Positions 1 to 10,762 of a stretch of DNA of 55,020 bases are shown piece by piece; the stretch's first letter is position 1; every line of letters begins with the position of its first letter. The translations under genes and the position numbers were made by a program. The stretch lies in the NCBI RefSeq assembly GCF_004010195.1, contig NC_057752.1:12036771-12091790 (forward strand), written 5' to 3'. Origin of the DNA: Chiloscyllium plagiosum (Eukaryota). Under the pieces are notes generated by a model that was not told where the DNA came from, did not search any database, and was given only the letters and a program-made list of their open reading frames with translations.

Positions 1-617
1 AGGGTTGTTAAGAAGGCGTATGGTGAGTTGGCTTTCACTAACAGGGGGATTGAGTTTAAGAGCCACAAGGTTTTGCTGCAGCTCTATAAAACCCTGGTTA
101 GACCACACTTGGAATATTGTGTTCAGTTCTGGTCGCCTCATTATAGGAAGGATGTGGAAGCTTTAGAGAGGGTGCAGAGGAGATTTACCAGGATGCTGCC
201 TGGATTGGAGGGTTTGTCTTATGAAGAGAGGTTGAGGGAGTTAGGGCTTTTCACACTGGAGAGAAGAAGGAAGAGAGGTGACTTGATGCTAATAAGAGGC
301 ATAGATAGAGTCGATAACCAGAGACTTTTCCCCAGGGCTGAAATGGCTGTCACGAGGGGTCATAATTTTAAGATGATTGGAGGAAGGTATAGGGGAGATG
401 TCAGAGATAGGTTCTTTAGAATGGTGAGTGCGTGGAATGCACTACCAGCAGTGGTGGTATAGTCAGAGACATTCGGGACATTTAAGCGACTGCTGGACAA
501 GTACATGGATGGCAGTAAATTGAGGGGTGTGTAGGTTAGGTTGATCTTAGATTAAGATAAATGCTCGGCACAGCATTGTGGGCCGAATGGCCTGTACTGC
601 GCTGTACTGTTCTATGT
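1..617 (+). mobile_element. CR1 LINE 3' fragment (ORF2 C-terminus plus 3' UTR), runs off window start
   Basis: ORF 28-462 [38 protein letters not shown] is the CR1 ORF2 C-terminal signature; tail gggccgaatggcctgtactgcgctgtactgttctatgt. Confidence 0.95.
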
Positions 618-879
618 CCTAAGTCAGGATGATATGTGGCTTGAAAGAGAACTTGCTGGTGGTGTTGTCCTTTAAGTAAAATGCTACACTGCTCAATTTT
701 CTCATCTTTTTGATTTAGAGTTCTAATTTTCTGTTCACCTGAGCCTCTTTCCTTGCCTGTTAACATAAACATAAATCAAACTCCCTTCTTCCTGCACCAT
801 TCTTTGAGCTACACATTTAGTTCTGTAATGTGGTTGACACTGTCATTTGGTGCATGACTCAGATAACAATCTATACAAA

Positions 880-1778
880 TTATATAAATCAATTAGATAA
901 GAATATAGAAGGCATGGTTAGTGAGTTTCAGGATGACACCAAAATTGGTGGTATAGCGGACAGTGAATAAAGTTATCTAAGATTACAAAGAAATCTTGAT
1001 CTATTGGGTCAATGGGCTGAGGAATGGCAGATGGAATTTAAAAGGCATTGCATTTTGGTAAAACAACCAAGGGCAGTTAAGTATAGGGCCTTGGGTAATG
1101 TTGTAGCACAGCGAGACCTAGGGTTTTAGGTACATAATTCTTTGCATCAGATATACATAGAGTATTTCAGAAGGCATTTAGCACACTTGCCTTCATTGTT
1201 CAGACCTTTGAGTATGGGAGTGGGGATGTAATGTTGAGGTTGTACAGGACATTGGTGAGGCCTCTTCGAGAGTACTGTGGCCATTCTGTTATAGGAAGGA
1301 GGTTATTAAGCTGGAAAGGCTTGAGAAGAGATTTACCAGGATGTTGCCAGGAATGAAGAGTTTGGGTTATAAGGAGAGACTGGAGAGGCTGGGAATTGTT
1401 TCACTGGAGCGTACGAGCTTGAGGGGTGATCTTACAGAGGTTTATAAAATCATGAGAGGTATCGATAAGGTGACTGGCAGGTGTTTTTTCCCTAGGGTGA
1501 GGGATTTCAAGAGTAGGGGGCATATTTTTAAGTCGAGAGGAGAAAGATTTCAAAAGGGCATGAGGAGCAATTATTTTTACAGAGAGTGGTTCATGTGTGG
1601 AATGAACTTCCTGAGGAAGTGGTGGATGTTTAAAAGACATTTAGACAAGTACATGAACAAGAAAGGTTTGGAGGGATAGGGACCAAGCGCAGGCAGGTGG
1701 GACTAGTTTAGTATGGGATTATGCTTGGCATGGACTGGTAGGAGCAAAGGGTCTGTTTCCTTGCTGTATGACTCTAGA
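880..1778 (+). mobile_element. CR1 LINE 3' fragment, degraded
   Basis: DDTKIGG motif near 932, ORF 1341-1679 (LRGDLTEVYKIMRGIDKV), tail ctgtatgactcta. Confidence 0.9.
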
Positions 1779-2497
1779 GATCATTACCTTAAAATTCTGT
1801 GCTTTAGTTTGGCCGCTAACTCTTTAAACACTCAGCAGAAACTTTTACAAGGTCCATTTGTGTGCAAAGTCAGAAATCACACAACACCAGGTTATAGTCC
1901 AGTAGATTGAATTGGAAGCACACTGGCTTTCAGAGTGACGCTCCATCAGGTGGTTATGGAGGACACAATTGTAAGACACAGAATTTATAGCAAAAGTTTA
2001 CAGTGTGATGTAACTGAAATTATACATTGAAAAATACTTTGATTGTTTGTTGAGCCTTTCATCTGTTCAAATGACCACGATAGTTTCACTTCTTTCATGT
2101 GTAAATTACAAAACCTTTTTTTTATAAAGTTACATTCTCAGGTTAACTAACGACTGGTGTCAGCCAGATAATATGTTGAAGGTGTTAGCCCCCTGTGTTC
2201 CCTGTCTGTGCCACAATGTTTAGACTGATTCTAATCTAAAAAATGAGTTAACAGAGTCTTACATGAATGCATGCAGTTTTTGAGCAAAGTACAATGTAAC
2301 TCTGCAAGTACAAGTTCACCCCACAAACGTATATGTATATAGTTTGTGTGTGTGTATGTCTGTTTGGGGTGGGGGGGTTGTGAGTGTGAGAGAGAGTGTA
2401 TATGTGTGTGTATATGACATACACATACATACATACACACACATATACACTCTCTCTCACACTCACAACCTCCCACACCAGACAGACAGACAGACAT

Positions 2498-2528
<31 letters not shown>

Positions 2529-2695
2529 CATTTACGTTTGTGGGGTGAATTTGTACTTGCAGAGTTGCAGTTTTGAGCAAAGTACAATGTATGAATCCAT
2601 GTAAGACTCTGTTGACTCATTTTTTAGTTTAGAATCAGTCTAAACATTATCGCACAGACAGGGAACACCGGGGGCTAACACCTTCAACATATTAT

Positions 2696-3320
2696 ATAAA
2701 AGCAAATTACTGAGGATGCTGGAATCTGAAACCAAAAGAGAAAATGCTGGAAAATCTCAGCAGGTCTAGCAGCATCTGTAAGATGAGAAAAGAGCTGACG
2801 TTTCGAGTCTAACTGACCCTTTGTCAAAGCTAAAAAAAAGGGGAGAAATAGGGAGGTATTTATACAAGGCTGAGAGAAGGTGAGTCATGGCTCCAGAGCA
2901 AAGGTAGCAAAAAAGAGATGATAATGACAGTGCAGAGAGATTATAGGGAGATTAGGAGCTGTGAATGACCAAGGCTGAAGCCAGTGCTATGTGACAAAAT
3001 GGGCTGATGAAGCAGAGGCAAAATGGAAAACAGGGGAGAAGAGTAGCAAAGGGGGAAGAGGAGAGAAAAAGATGATGAGAGAGTGGGGAGCGAGAGAAAG
3101 AGAGACAATCAAGAAATAAGAGGTACAGAACAGTGAAAAAAAGTAAAAAAAAAAATGAAATAAAATTACGGAGCAGAATGAAAACAGAGGGTCGAGATGG
3201 GATAATCATCTGAAGTTGTTGAATTCAATGTTGAGGCCGGCAGGCTGTAACGTGCCTAGTTGGAAGATGAGATGCTGTTCCTCCAGTTTGCGTTAAGCTT
3301 CACTGGAACACTGCCATCAG
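2696..3320 (-). mobile_element. Penelope-like retroelement 3' fragment (end of GIY-YIG ORF, pyrimidine-rich 3' UTR, pLTR)
   Basis: Minus strand 3313-3206 translates QCSSEA*RKLEEQHLIFQLGTLQPAGLNIEFNNFR*, typical of a PLE GIY-YIG C-terminus; flanked by 8-bp direct repeat CATATTAT (2688-2695, 3321-3328). Confidence 0.85.
2793..2831 (-). ncRNA. Hammerhead-like motif with variant core
   Basis: Minus strand AGCU-UUGACAA-A-GGGUC-aguua-GACUC-GAAACGUC-AGCU: stem I, stem II and GAAA/GUC present, CUGANGA box altered. Confidence 0.5.
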
Positions 3321-3541
3321 CATATTATCTGGCTGACACCAATCGTTAGTTAACCTGAGAATGTAACTTTTAAAAAAAGGTTTTGTGATTTACACATGAA
3401 AGAAGCTAAACTAACATGGTCATTCGAACAGATGAAAGACTCAACAAACAATCAAGGTATTTTTCAATGTATAAATTCAGTTACATCACACTGTAAACTT
3501 TTGCTATAAATTCTGTGCCTTACAATTGTGTCCTCCATAAC

Positions 3542-3576
3542 CACCTGATGAAGGAGCAGCGCTCCGAAAGTTAGTG
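3542..3576 (+). ncRNA. Minimal type I hammerhead ribozyme motif (PLE family A)
   Basis: CAC-CUGAUGA(3545-3551)-A-GGAGC-agc-GCUCC-GAAA(3566-3569)-GUUA-GUG. Confidence 0.7.
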
Positions 3577-3609
3577 TGCTTCCAAATAAACCTGTTGGAA
3601 TCTTCAGGT

Positions 3610-3740
3610 GATTCCTGAAGAAGGGCTCATGCCCGAAACGTCGATTCTCCTGTTCCTTGGATGCTGCCTGACCTGCTGCGCTTTTCCAGCAACACATATT
3701 CAGCTCTGATCTCCAGCATCTGCAGTCCTCACTTTCTCCT
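3610..3740 (+). mobile_element. Short PLE pLTR-derived repeat (family B) beginning with a hammerhead motif
   Basis: CUGAAGA(3615-3621)-A-GGGC-ucau-GCCC-GAAACGUC followed by a body ending ctccagcatctgcagtcctcactttctcc; homologous to 37515-37622. Confidence 0.8.
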
Positions 3741-3742
3741 CA

Positions 3743-4135
3743 GCCATTTCAGAAGACAGTTAAGAGTCAACCATATTGCTGTGGATCAGACGAGGAAAGG
3801 ATGGTTAGTTTCCTTCCCTAAAAGGGATAGAACATAGAACAGTGCCGATCTGTGGAACCAATCTGAACCCTATCTATCCTACACTATTCCATTCTCATCC
3901 ATATGTTTATCCAATGACCATTTAAATGTCCTTAAAGTTGGATAGACGTTGGATAGGTTTTTACAGCTGTGATAATTGTCACAATCTGAGGATAACTCTC
4001 AATTCTAGATTTATGAACTGAATTTAAATTCCACTAGCTGCTGCGGTGAATTTGACCCCATGTCCTCAGTCACAGTATTTCTATGTGCCTCTGTATTTCT
4101 AATCCAGTGACATTACCATTATACGACCATCTCTC
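3743..4135 (-). mobile_element. tRNA-derived SINE relic, interrupted by a short CR1 tail fragment (~3826-3940)
   Basis: cagttaagagtcaaccatattgctgtgg shared with 7770-8082 and, reverse-complemented, with 19425-19770. Confidence 0.6.
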
Positions 4136-4139
4136 CCTG

Positions 4140-6985
4140 AGTATGGATGTACTCAAGGGGAAACAGAACACATGGAATGCCAGGAGCATCTGGAATAAGG
4201 CGGGTGAACTTGCAGCATGCGTCGTACCTGGGAGTTCAATGTTGTGGCCATTTCAGAGACGTGGATAGAGCAGGGACAGGAATGGTTTTTGCAGTTTTCG
4301 GGCTTTAGGTGTTTTAGTAAGAACAAGGAAGGTGGAAAAAAAGGGGGAGGTGTGGCATTTTTAGTCAAGGACAGTATTACGGTGGCAGAAAGCACATTTG
4401 ATGAGGACTCAGGCAGAAAGCACATTTGATGAGGACTCATCTACCGAGGTAGTATGGGCTGAGGTTAAAAACAGGAAAGGAGAGGTCACACTGTTGGGAG
4501 TTTTCTATCGGCTCCCAAAAAGTTCTAGAGATGTAGAGAAAAGGATAGCAAAGATTATCCTGGATAGGAATGACAGTAACAGGATAGTTGTTGTGGGGGA
4601 CTTGAACTATAGCATTTCCAGTCAATATTAGGGAAGTTAAAGTACCTTAGGTACTTTAGATGGGTCAGTTTTTGTCCAATGTGTGCAGGAGGGTTTCCTG
4701 ATACAGTATGTAGACAGGCCAACAAGAGGTGAGGCCACATTGGATTTGGTACTGGTAATGAACTCAGTAATGGAGGTAGGTGAGCACTTTGGTGATAGTG
4801 ACCACAATTTGGTTAAGCTTACTTTAGCGATGGAAAGGGATAGGTCTTTACCACAGGGCAAGAGTTATAGCTGGGGGAAAGGCAATTATGAAGCGATTAG
4901 GCAAGATTTAAGATGCATAGGATGGGGAAGGAAACTGCAGGGGATGGCACAATTGAAATGTGGAGCTTATTCAAGGAACAGCTACAGCGTTTCCTTGATA
5001 AGTATGTACCTGTCAGGCAGGGAGGAAGTGGTCGAGCAAGGGAACTGTGATTTACTAAAGAAGTCTCCTTCCTCTTGACAAGAGATTCATGTAGAGGTGA
5101 GACATGAAGGCTCAGGTAGGGCCCCTGAGAGTTACAAGTTAGCTGGGAAGGACCTAAAGAGAGAGCTAAGGCGAGCCAGGAGGGGACATGAGAAGTCTTT
5201 GGCAGGTAGGATCAAGGAAAACCCTAAAGCTTTCTATAGATATGTCAAGAATAAAAGAATGACTAGAATAAGATTAGGGCCTGTCAAGGACAGTAATGGA
5301 AAGTTGTACGTGGAGTCCGAAGAGATAGGAGAGGCACTAAATGAATATTTTTCATCAGTATTCACACAGGAAAAAGGCAGTGTTGTTGAGGAGCATACTG
5401 AGATACAGGCTATTAAGACTAGATGGGATTGAGGTTCATAAGGAGGTGGTGTTAGTAATTCTGGAAAGTGTGAAAATAGATACGTCCCTGGGCCGGATGG
5501 GATTTATCCTAGGACTCTCTGGGAAGCCAGGGAGGAGATTGCAGAGCCTTTAGCTTTTATCTTTATGTCGTCATTGTCTACAGAAATAGTGCCAGAAGAC
5601 TGGAGGATAGCAAATTTTGTCCCCTTGTTCAAGAAGGGGAGTAGAGACAACCCTGGTAATTATAGACCAGTGAGTCTTACTTTGGTTGTGGGTAAAGTGT
5701 TGGAAATGATTATAAGAGATAGGAATAATTTTATTAAGGGTAGTCAACACTGTTTTGTGAAGGGTAGGTCATGCCTCATAAACCTTACTGAGTTCTTGAG
5801 AAGGTGACCAAACAGATGAATGAGAGTAAAGCAGTTGACGTGGTGTACGTGGATTTCAGTAAAGTGTTTGATAAGGTTCGCCACGGTAGGTTATTGAGGA
5901 AATTCAGAAGCATGGGATTGAGGGTGATTTAGTAGTTTGGATCAGAAATTGGCTAGCTGAAAGAAGACAGAGGATAGTGGTTGATGGGAAATGTTCATCC
6001 TGAAATTCAATTACTAGTGATGTACCGCAAGGATCTGTTTTGGAGTCACTGCTGTTTGTCATTTTTATAAATGACCTAGATGAGGGCGTAGAAGGATGGG
6101 TTAGTAAAATTGTGGATGACACTAAAGTCGGTGGAGTTGTGGACAGTAGCGAAGGATGTTGCAGGTAACAGAAGGACATAGATAAGCTGCAGAGCTGGGC
6201 TGAGAGGTGGCAAATGGAGATTGATGCGGAAAAGTGTGAGATGATTCAATTTGGAAGGAGCAACAGGAATGCAGAGTACTGGGCTGATGGTAAGATCCTT
6301 GGTAGTGTAGATGAGCAGAGAGATCTCAGTATCCATGTGCATAGATCCCTGAAAGTTGCCACCCAGGTTGATAGGGTTGTTAAGAAGGTGTACAGTGTGT
6401 TAGCGTTTATTGGTAGAGGGATTGAGTTTCGGAGCCCTGAGGTCATGTTATAGCTGTACAAAACTCTGATGTGGCCGCACTCGGAGTATTGCATACAGTT
6501 CTGGTTACAACATTATAGGAAGAATGTGGAAGCTTTGGAAAGGATGCAGAGGAGATTTACCAAGATGGAAGGGAAGGTCTTATGAGGAAAGGCTGAGGGA
6601 CTTGAGGCTGTTTTCGTTAGAGAGAAGGTTAAGAGGTGACTTAATAGAGACATATAAGATAATCAGAGGGTTAGATAGGGTGGACAGTGACAGCCTTTTT
6701 CTTCGGATGGTGATGGCTAGCACGAAGGGACAGAGCTTTAAATTGACAGGTGATAGATATAGGACAGATGTCAGAGGTAAGTTTTTTTACTCTGAGTACT
6801 AAGGGCGTGGAACCCCCTGTCTACAACAGTAGCAGACTCGCCAACTTTAAGGGCATTTAAATGGTCATTGAATAAACATATGGATGATAATAGAATAGTG
6901 TAGGTTAGATGGGCTTCAGATTGGTTTTACAGGTCGGTGCAACATCAAGGGCTGCAGGACCTGCACTGCGCTGTATTGTTCTACG
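4140..6985 (+). mobile_element. CR1 LINE, nearly complete frameshifted ORF2 (APE + RT) and 3' UTR
   Basis: NARSIWNK, VAISETW, GDSDHN, PGNYRPVSLT, DDTKVGG motifs across ORFs 4083-6802; CR1 tail near 6985. Confidence 0.95.
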
Positions 6986-7200
6986 AGGGAGAAAGGAATA
7001 CCAATGGGATTAGATGAAGACAGATGACAGAAGGCATGTTTGCACTACAAGCATGAACAGTTGAACTGAATGGTCTGTTTGTTTGCTGTATATTCTATAT
7101 AATAGTTTTAATGTGTTGCACACTTCCAGAACTTTCAGTTTTTATTGTGTGTTGCAAAATGTTCACTCAAGTTTCCAGAAAAAAAGTTCACCTTTGGTAA

Positions 7201-7341
7201 TCGTGATTTGGAGGTGCCAGTGTTGGACTGGTGATCTTGTACTCTACAACCACCTGATGGAAGAGCAGTGCTCTGAAAACTAGTGCTTCCAAATAAACCT
7301 ATTGGACTATAACCTGGTGTTGTGTGATTTTTCACTTTGTA
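7201..7341 (+). mobile_element. Mini copy of PLE family A with a hammerhead-like motif
   Basis: Homologous to 3530-3599 and to the reverse complement of 1861-1950; 12-bp direct repeat CACCTTTGGTAA at 7189-7200 and 7342-7353. Confidence 0.8.
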
Positions 7342-7769
7342 CACCTTTGGTAAAATGGGAGATGCATTTCATAGTTTTCCTCTAGGTGGTGCTATTCATG
7401 TTTTAGTAGGATTTTTACAGTCTTTGAAATGTTAGGAAATTACACCTGTGAAAATTAGCAGAGAATCATACAAACTGGTACTTAATATCTAAGCTATCAC
7501 CTCACACATTAAACATGGGCAAAAAGGAGAGGAATACAGTCCTTTTCCAACCTGTCAAAGTTGATCATGTTAATCAAACATTGCTTGTCATGAGTGGCAG
7601 CTCTGTAAATTCTTGCATCAGGATCTTTCTCACAGGAGAGTATTGGTGATAATGTCAAACAATAGCAGACATCTAACATGGCAAATGCATGGTACCATGG
7701 TCTTTGAAAACAAACTTGCTGGTGGTATTGTGTATTGCTGAGCTCAAGTGTAGTGGGAATCAGCTTAAT

Positions 7770-8082
7770 TCATTCACAGAATGGGGGTGTCACTAGCTAG
7801 GCCAGCTTTCATTGCCCATCCTAATTAGCCAGAGGGCAGTTAAGAGTCAACCACATTGCTGTGGGACATATAGACCAGACCAGGTAAAGATGGTAGTTTC
7901 CGTCCCTAACGGACATTACTGAAACAGAGCAGTTTTCCTGATAATTATCAATGGTTTCATGATCATCATTAGACTCAAATTCCACCATCTGCCATGGAGG
8001 ATTCAAACCTAAATCCCCAGAACATTACCTGCATCTCTGGATTAACAGTCCAGTGATAATACCACTAGGCCATCACCTCCCA
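7770..8082 (-). mobile_element. tRNA-derived SINE (same family as 19425-19770)
   Basis: Reverse complement matches 19425-19770, including A-box-like tggcctagtgg and B-box-like ggtttgaatcc. Confidence 0.8.
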
Positions 8083-8303
8083 TCTGTAATTCCCCTTATG
8101 GCAATTTGCTCATTTCAGCTATGTGGAGAATAGTTAAGTGATCTGAAAGGCTGAGCATTTAACCAGAGGGAGAGGGTGCATTAAGGACCCCAGCCATACT
8201 TAAAAGTGAATGTTAGGGAAAAAATGTACAATGTGGAGATGCAGAGCATATAAAAGGAAGAAAACTAACTTGAAAAGATGGCTAACTATGCATTTCATAT
8301 ATC

Positions 8304-8309
8304 TTTAAT
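8304..8309 (-). terminator. Candidate polyadenylation signal ATTAAA in full polyA-site context
   Basis: Upstream UGUA motifs (plus TACA 8322, 8333, 8348), CA ~14 nt downstream, then a U-rich tract. Confidence 0.4.
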
Positions 8310-8506
8310 AGAATTTCAAATTACATTCTCTGTACAATAATTCTTTGTACAATAAAGTAGAATGAAACAAGGAGGTATTACAAAGACGAGTCAATTACGT
8401 CTGTCAACAAGAAATTAAAATGAACAAACCAATTTGGGTCAAATCAGAAAGCATAGCTTCAACACTTAATGACTCAAGTGTGAAACAAGCTGATCAAAAT
8501 CTAAAA

Positions 8507-8589
8507 CAAAAGCAAAATACTGTAGATTCAGGAACTCTGAAACAAACAGAAAACAGACTTTCTCCTGCATCTGCAGTATTTTGCTTTTG
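8507..8589. repeat. 27-bp inverted repeat (25/27), mini fold-back of a PLE pLTR end
   Basis: caaaagcaaaatactgtagattcagga ... tcctgcatctgcagtattttgcttttg; left arm resembles 2698-2730. Confidence 0.75.
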
Positions 8590-10239
8590 GCTGAACTAAC
8601 AATAAAAAAAGTGGAATATTAAGACAAGAGGTTTTGAAAATCGCAAACATACATGATGCTTTTTGAATTGATGTTGCATTTACTACCATACCGATAGAGG
8701 TAAAGTTGGGAAGGAATCTACACATTGTTCCTATATATTATACATTATGGAGTTTTAATAAAGTCTAGGGAGCGGTATTTGAATCGCAGACAATCCAAAA
8801 TTTGCATTTATAAATCAAATAGGTTAACAGTCAAACTCAGTCCTATTCAAAGGCAATGGTATCCTATAACTCACCAATTTTCAGTATAAAGAACATTCTA
8901 TAGAATAGTACTGCTAAATTAACCTGCTACCTCACCCTTCCTAAAAGTGCCAACATGTAATGGAGTATGACGCAAGTCTGCATTTACATAAGAATCATCA
9001 CAGCTCATCCCAAACTGACTTACTTGCATTTGATATATCCACACACATACACTTCCAGCAAGAACCAGGAGTCCAGATTTATTGCCCTCCCAAAGCCATG
9101 AAGCTGAGATTTATTGCAGTGTTTTTTCTATAATCCCTGATAAGATCAGCTATTTCAGCAAAGGCCCAGGATCACACCTGGTCCTTTTGGCTCAGTACTA
9201 TATGTGGTACATTTGCCCACTAAACCTCAAAAGGATTTGCCTTTTTCTTAGAAAACTCAATGTTTATGATATCGCTAATTCCCTCAAATAAATGATCATA
9301 AAGAGGGCAAGCTCCATCAGTTCGGTGTCACAATAACATTTAATTTCTGAGGTTAGAAATAACTGGATTCATGTTTAACTAGGGTTCAGTTAAAATCAAT
9401 ATCCTGAGAATTTTATTTGTAGGAAGGGGCTATTCTGTGTAATGCCCTACCTGTAAACTGCTTTGCAGTCCCTAACTGGAGGTTTAGGAAATTTAGCATC
9501 ATGTTGAAGTGACTAAGAACAAATAATGGATGGCATTCTTGGTAACAAAGCAAAAGAAGTGGAGAATGCCAAAGATGGTTAGAAATTTGTTGGAAGTGAG
9601 GCTTTAACAGATTAACTTGGCTGGTGGGAGAGAATACTCAAAAAAAACACCATACATTAGAAACAAAGGTATAGGATAAGGACCAACACTTAAGCCTAAA
9701 AAAAGGTCATGGGGCATTTAAAGAAACATCAAAACATCAAAAAATAGCTGATATGAATTCTGATTTTTAGTAATCTGTGCACTAACAACTGAATTCAGTA
9801 AGTTCTTTGTGTCAAGTATCAAACAGGAGATCCATGGATTCAACTGGCACAGTCAGACAGGTAGATTTCTAAAAAGTCATCAACAGGTGGCTGCTGTTTA
9901 AGGTGAAATTATTGAGTACTACTTTGATGGAACTCCATGGGCTTCATTTAAAAATAAAATAACAGCTGAGAAGTTAATCTGCCTAACCCTAAGTAGCTGC
10001 AAAAGCAAGCCTGACTATGGCAGTTGAAGTGTCAGTATTGCTATCTCAAAAAATTACATTATCCTTTGTCGTAAGGCTTGTGGGCATATTAAAAAGGTTG
10101 ATAATAGTCTGATGTATTTACAAACAGTACACTTAAGGGCAGTGCTCACAAATGCAGATTTCTGATTCTTTCACATTATGCATGAGGTAGGTTATTGCTA
10201 AATTCTTTGTCTTGTTCCACCATTTTAACAGCCAGTTGT

Positions 10240-10375
10240 AATTGTTGCTCCATTCCTGGATGTGCTATCAGCTGCCAAGTCCTAAACTCTGGAATTCCCT
10301 CCTTAATCTCTCTGGCTTGTTTTTCTCCTTTAAGACATCCCTTAAAACCAATCTTTTTGACCACCTGTTTTAATA
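10240..10375 (+). mobile_element. L2 LINE 3' relic
   Basis: Encodes PKLWNSL..SPLRHPLKP-like remnant of the L2 ORF2 end. Confidence 0.55.
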
Positions 10376-10465
10376 TCTCCTGTTATGTGAAAGGGGACAT
10401 TATCCATACAAGTTATTTTTGTTGTCAAATCTCATGATGGATAAAGCTGACTTTTCTCCACATAA

Positions 10466-10762
10466 TGTGGAGATGCCAATGTTGGACTGGGTTGGACAAA
10501 GTCAAAAATCACTGTCCCGTTCCCCAGTGACTTGAAAGGAATACTGGGATTTGCATTTTAATTAATCAAAATCGGCATCTCCTTTCTAACTGATTAAAAA
10601 TTTAACAGGAGGGAGTCAGCCATTTTAGGTTAGTTCAATACATTCGCATCAGTTGTATGACCCTTTGATCTTTTACATATAAATTCTGTGTCAGATGCCT
10701 CCTCTCTCATTACACTTGATGAAGGAGCAATGTTCCAAAAACTCGAGTTTTCAAATAAACCT
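10466..10762 (+). mobile_element. Degraded PLE family A-related element
   Basis: Starts tggagatgccaatgttggactgg like 7205-7231; ends ttgatgaaggagcaatgttccaaaa..caaataaacct (decayed hammerhead 10713-10748). Confidence 0.7.

Larger units (their letters stand above)
1860..3599. mobile_element. Non-autonomous fold-back element (~520-bp inverted arms) with PLE-type termini; right arm interrupted by an insertion
   Basis: 1898-~2415 is the reverse complement of ~2428-2695 plus 3329-3599; (TG)n/(CA)n centre; hammerhead-like motif near each outer end. Confidence 0.85.

Noticed and set aside
2231..2620. Overlapping Cys/Val- and His/Thr-rich ORFs on both strands
   Set aside because: Translations of (TG)n/(CA)n microsatellite in the palindrome centre
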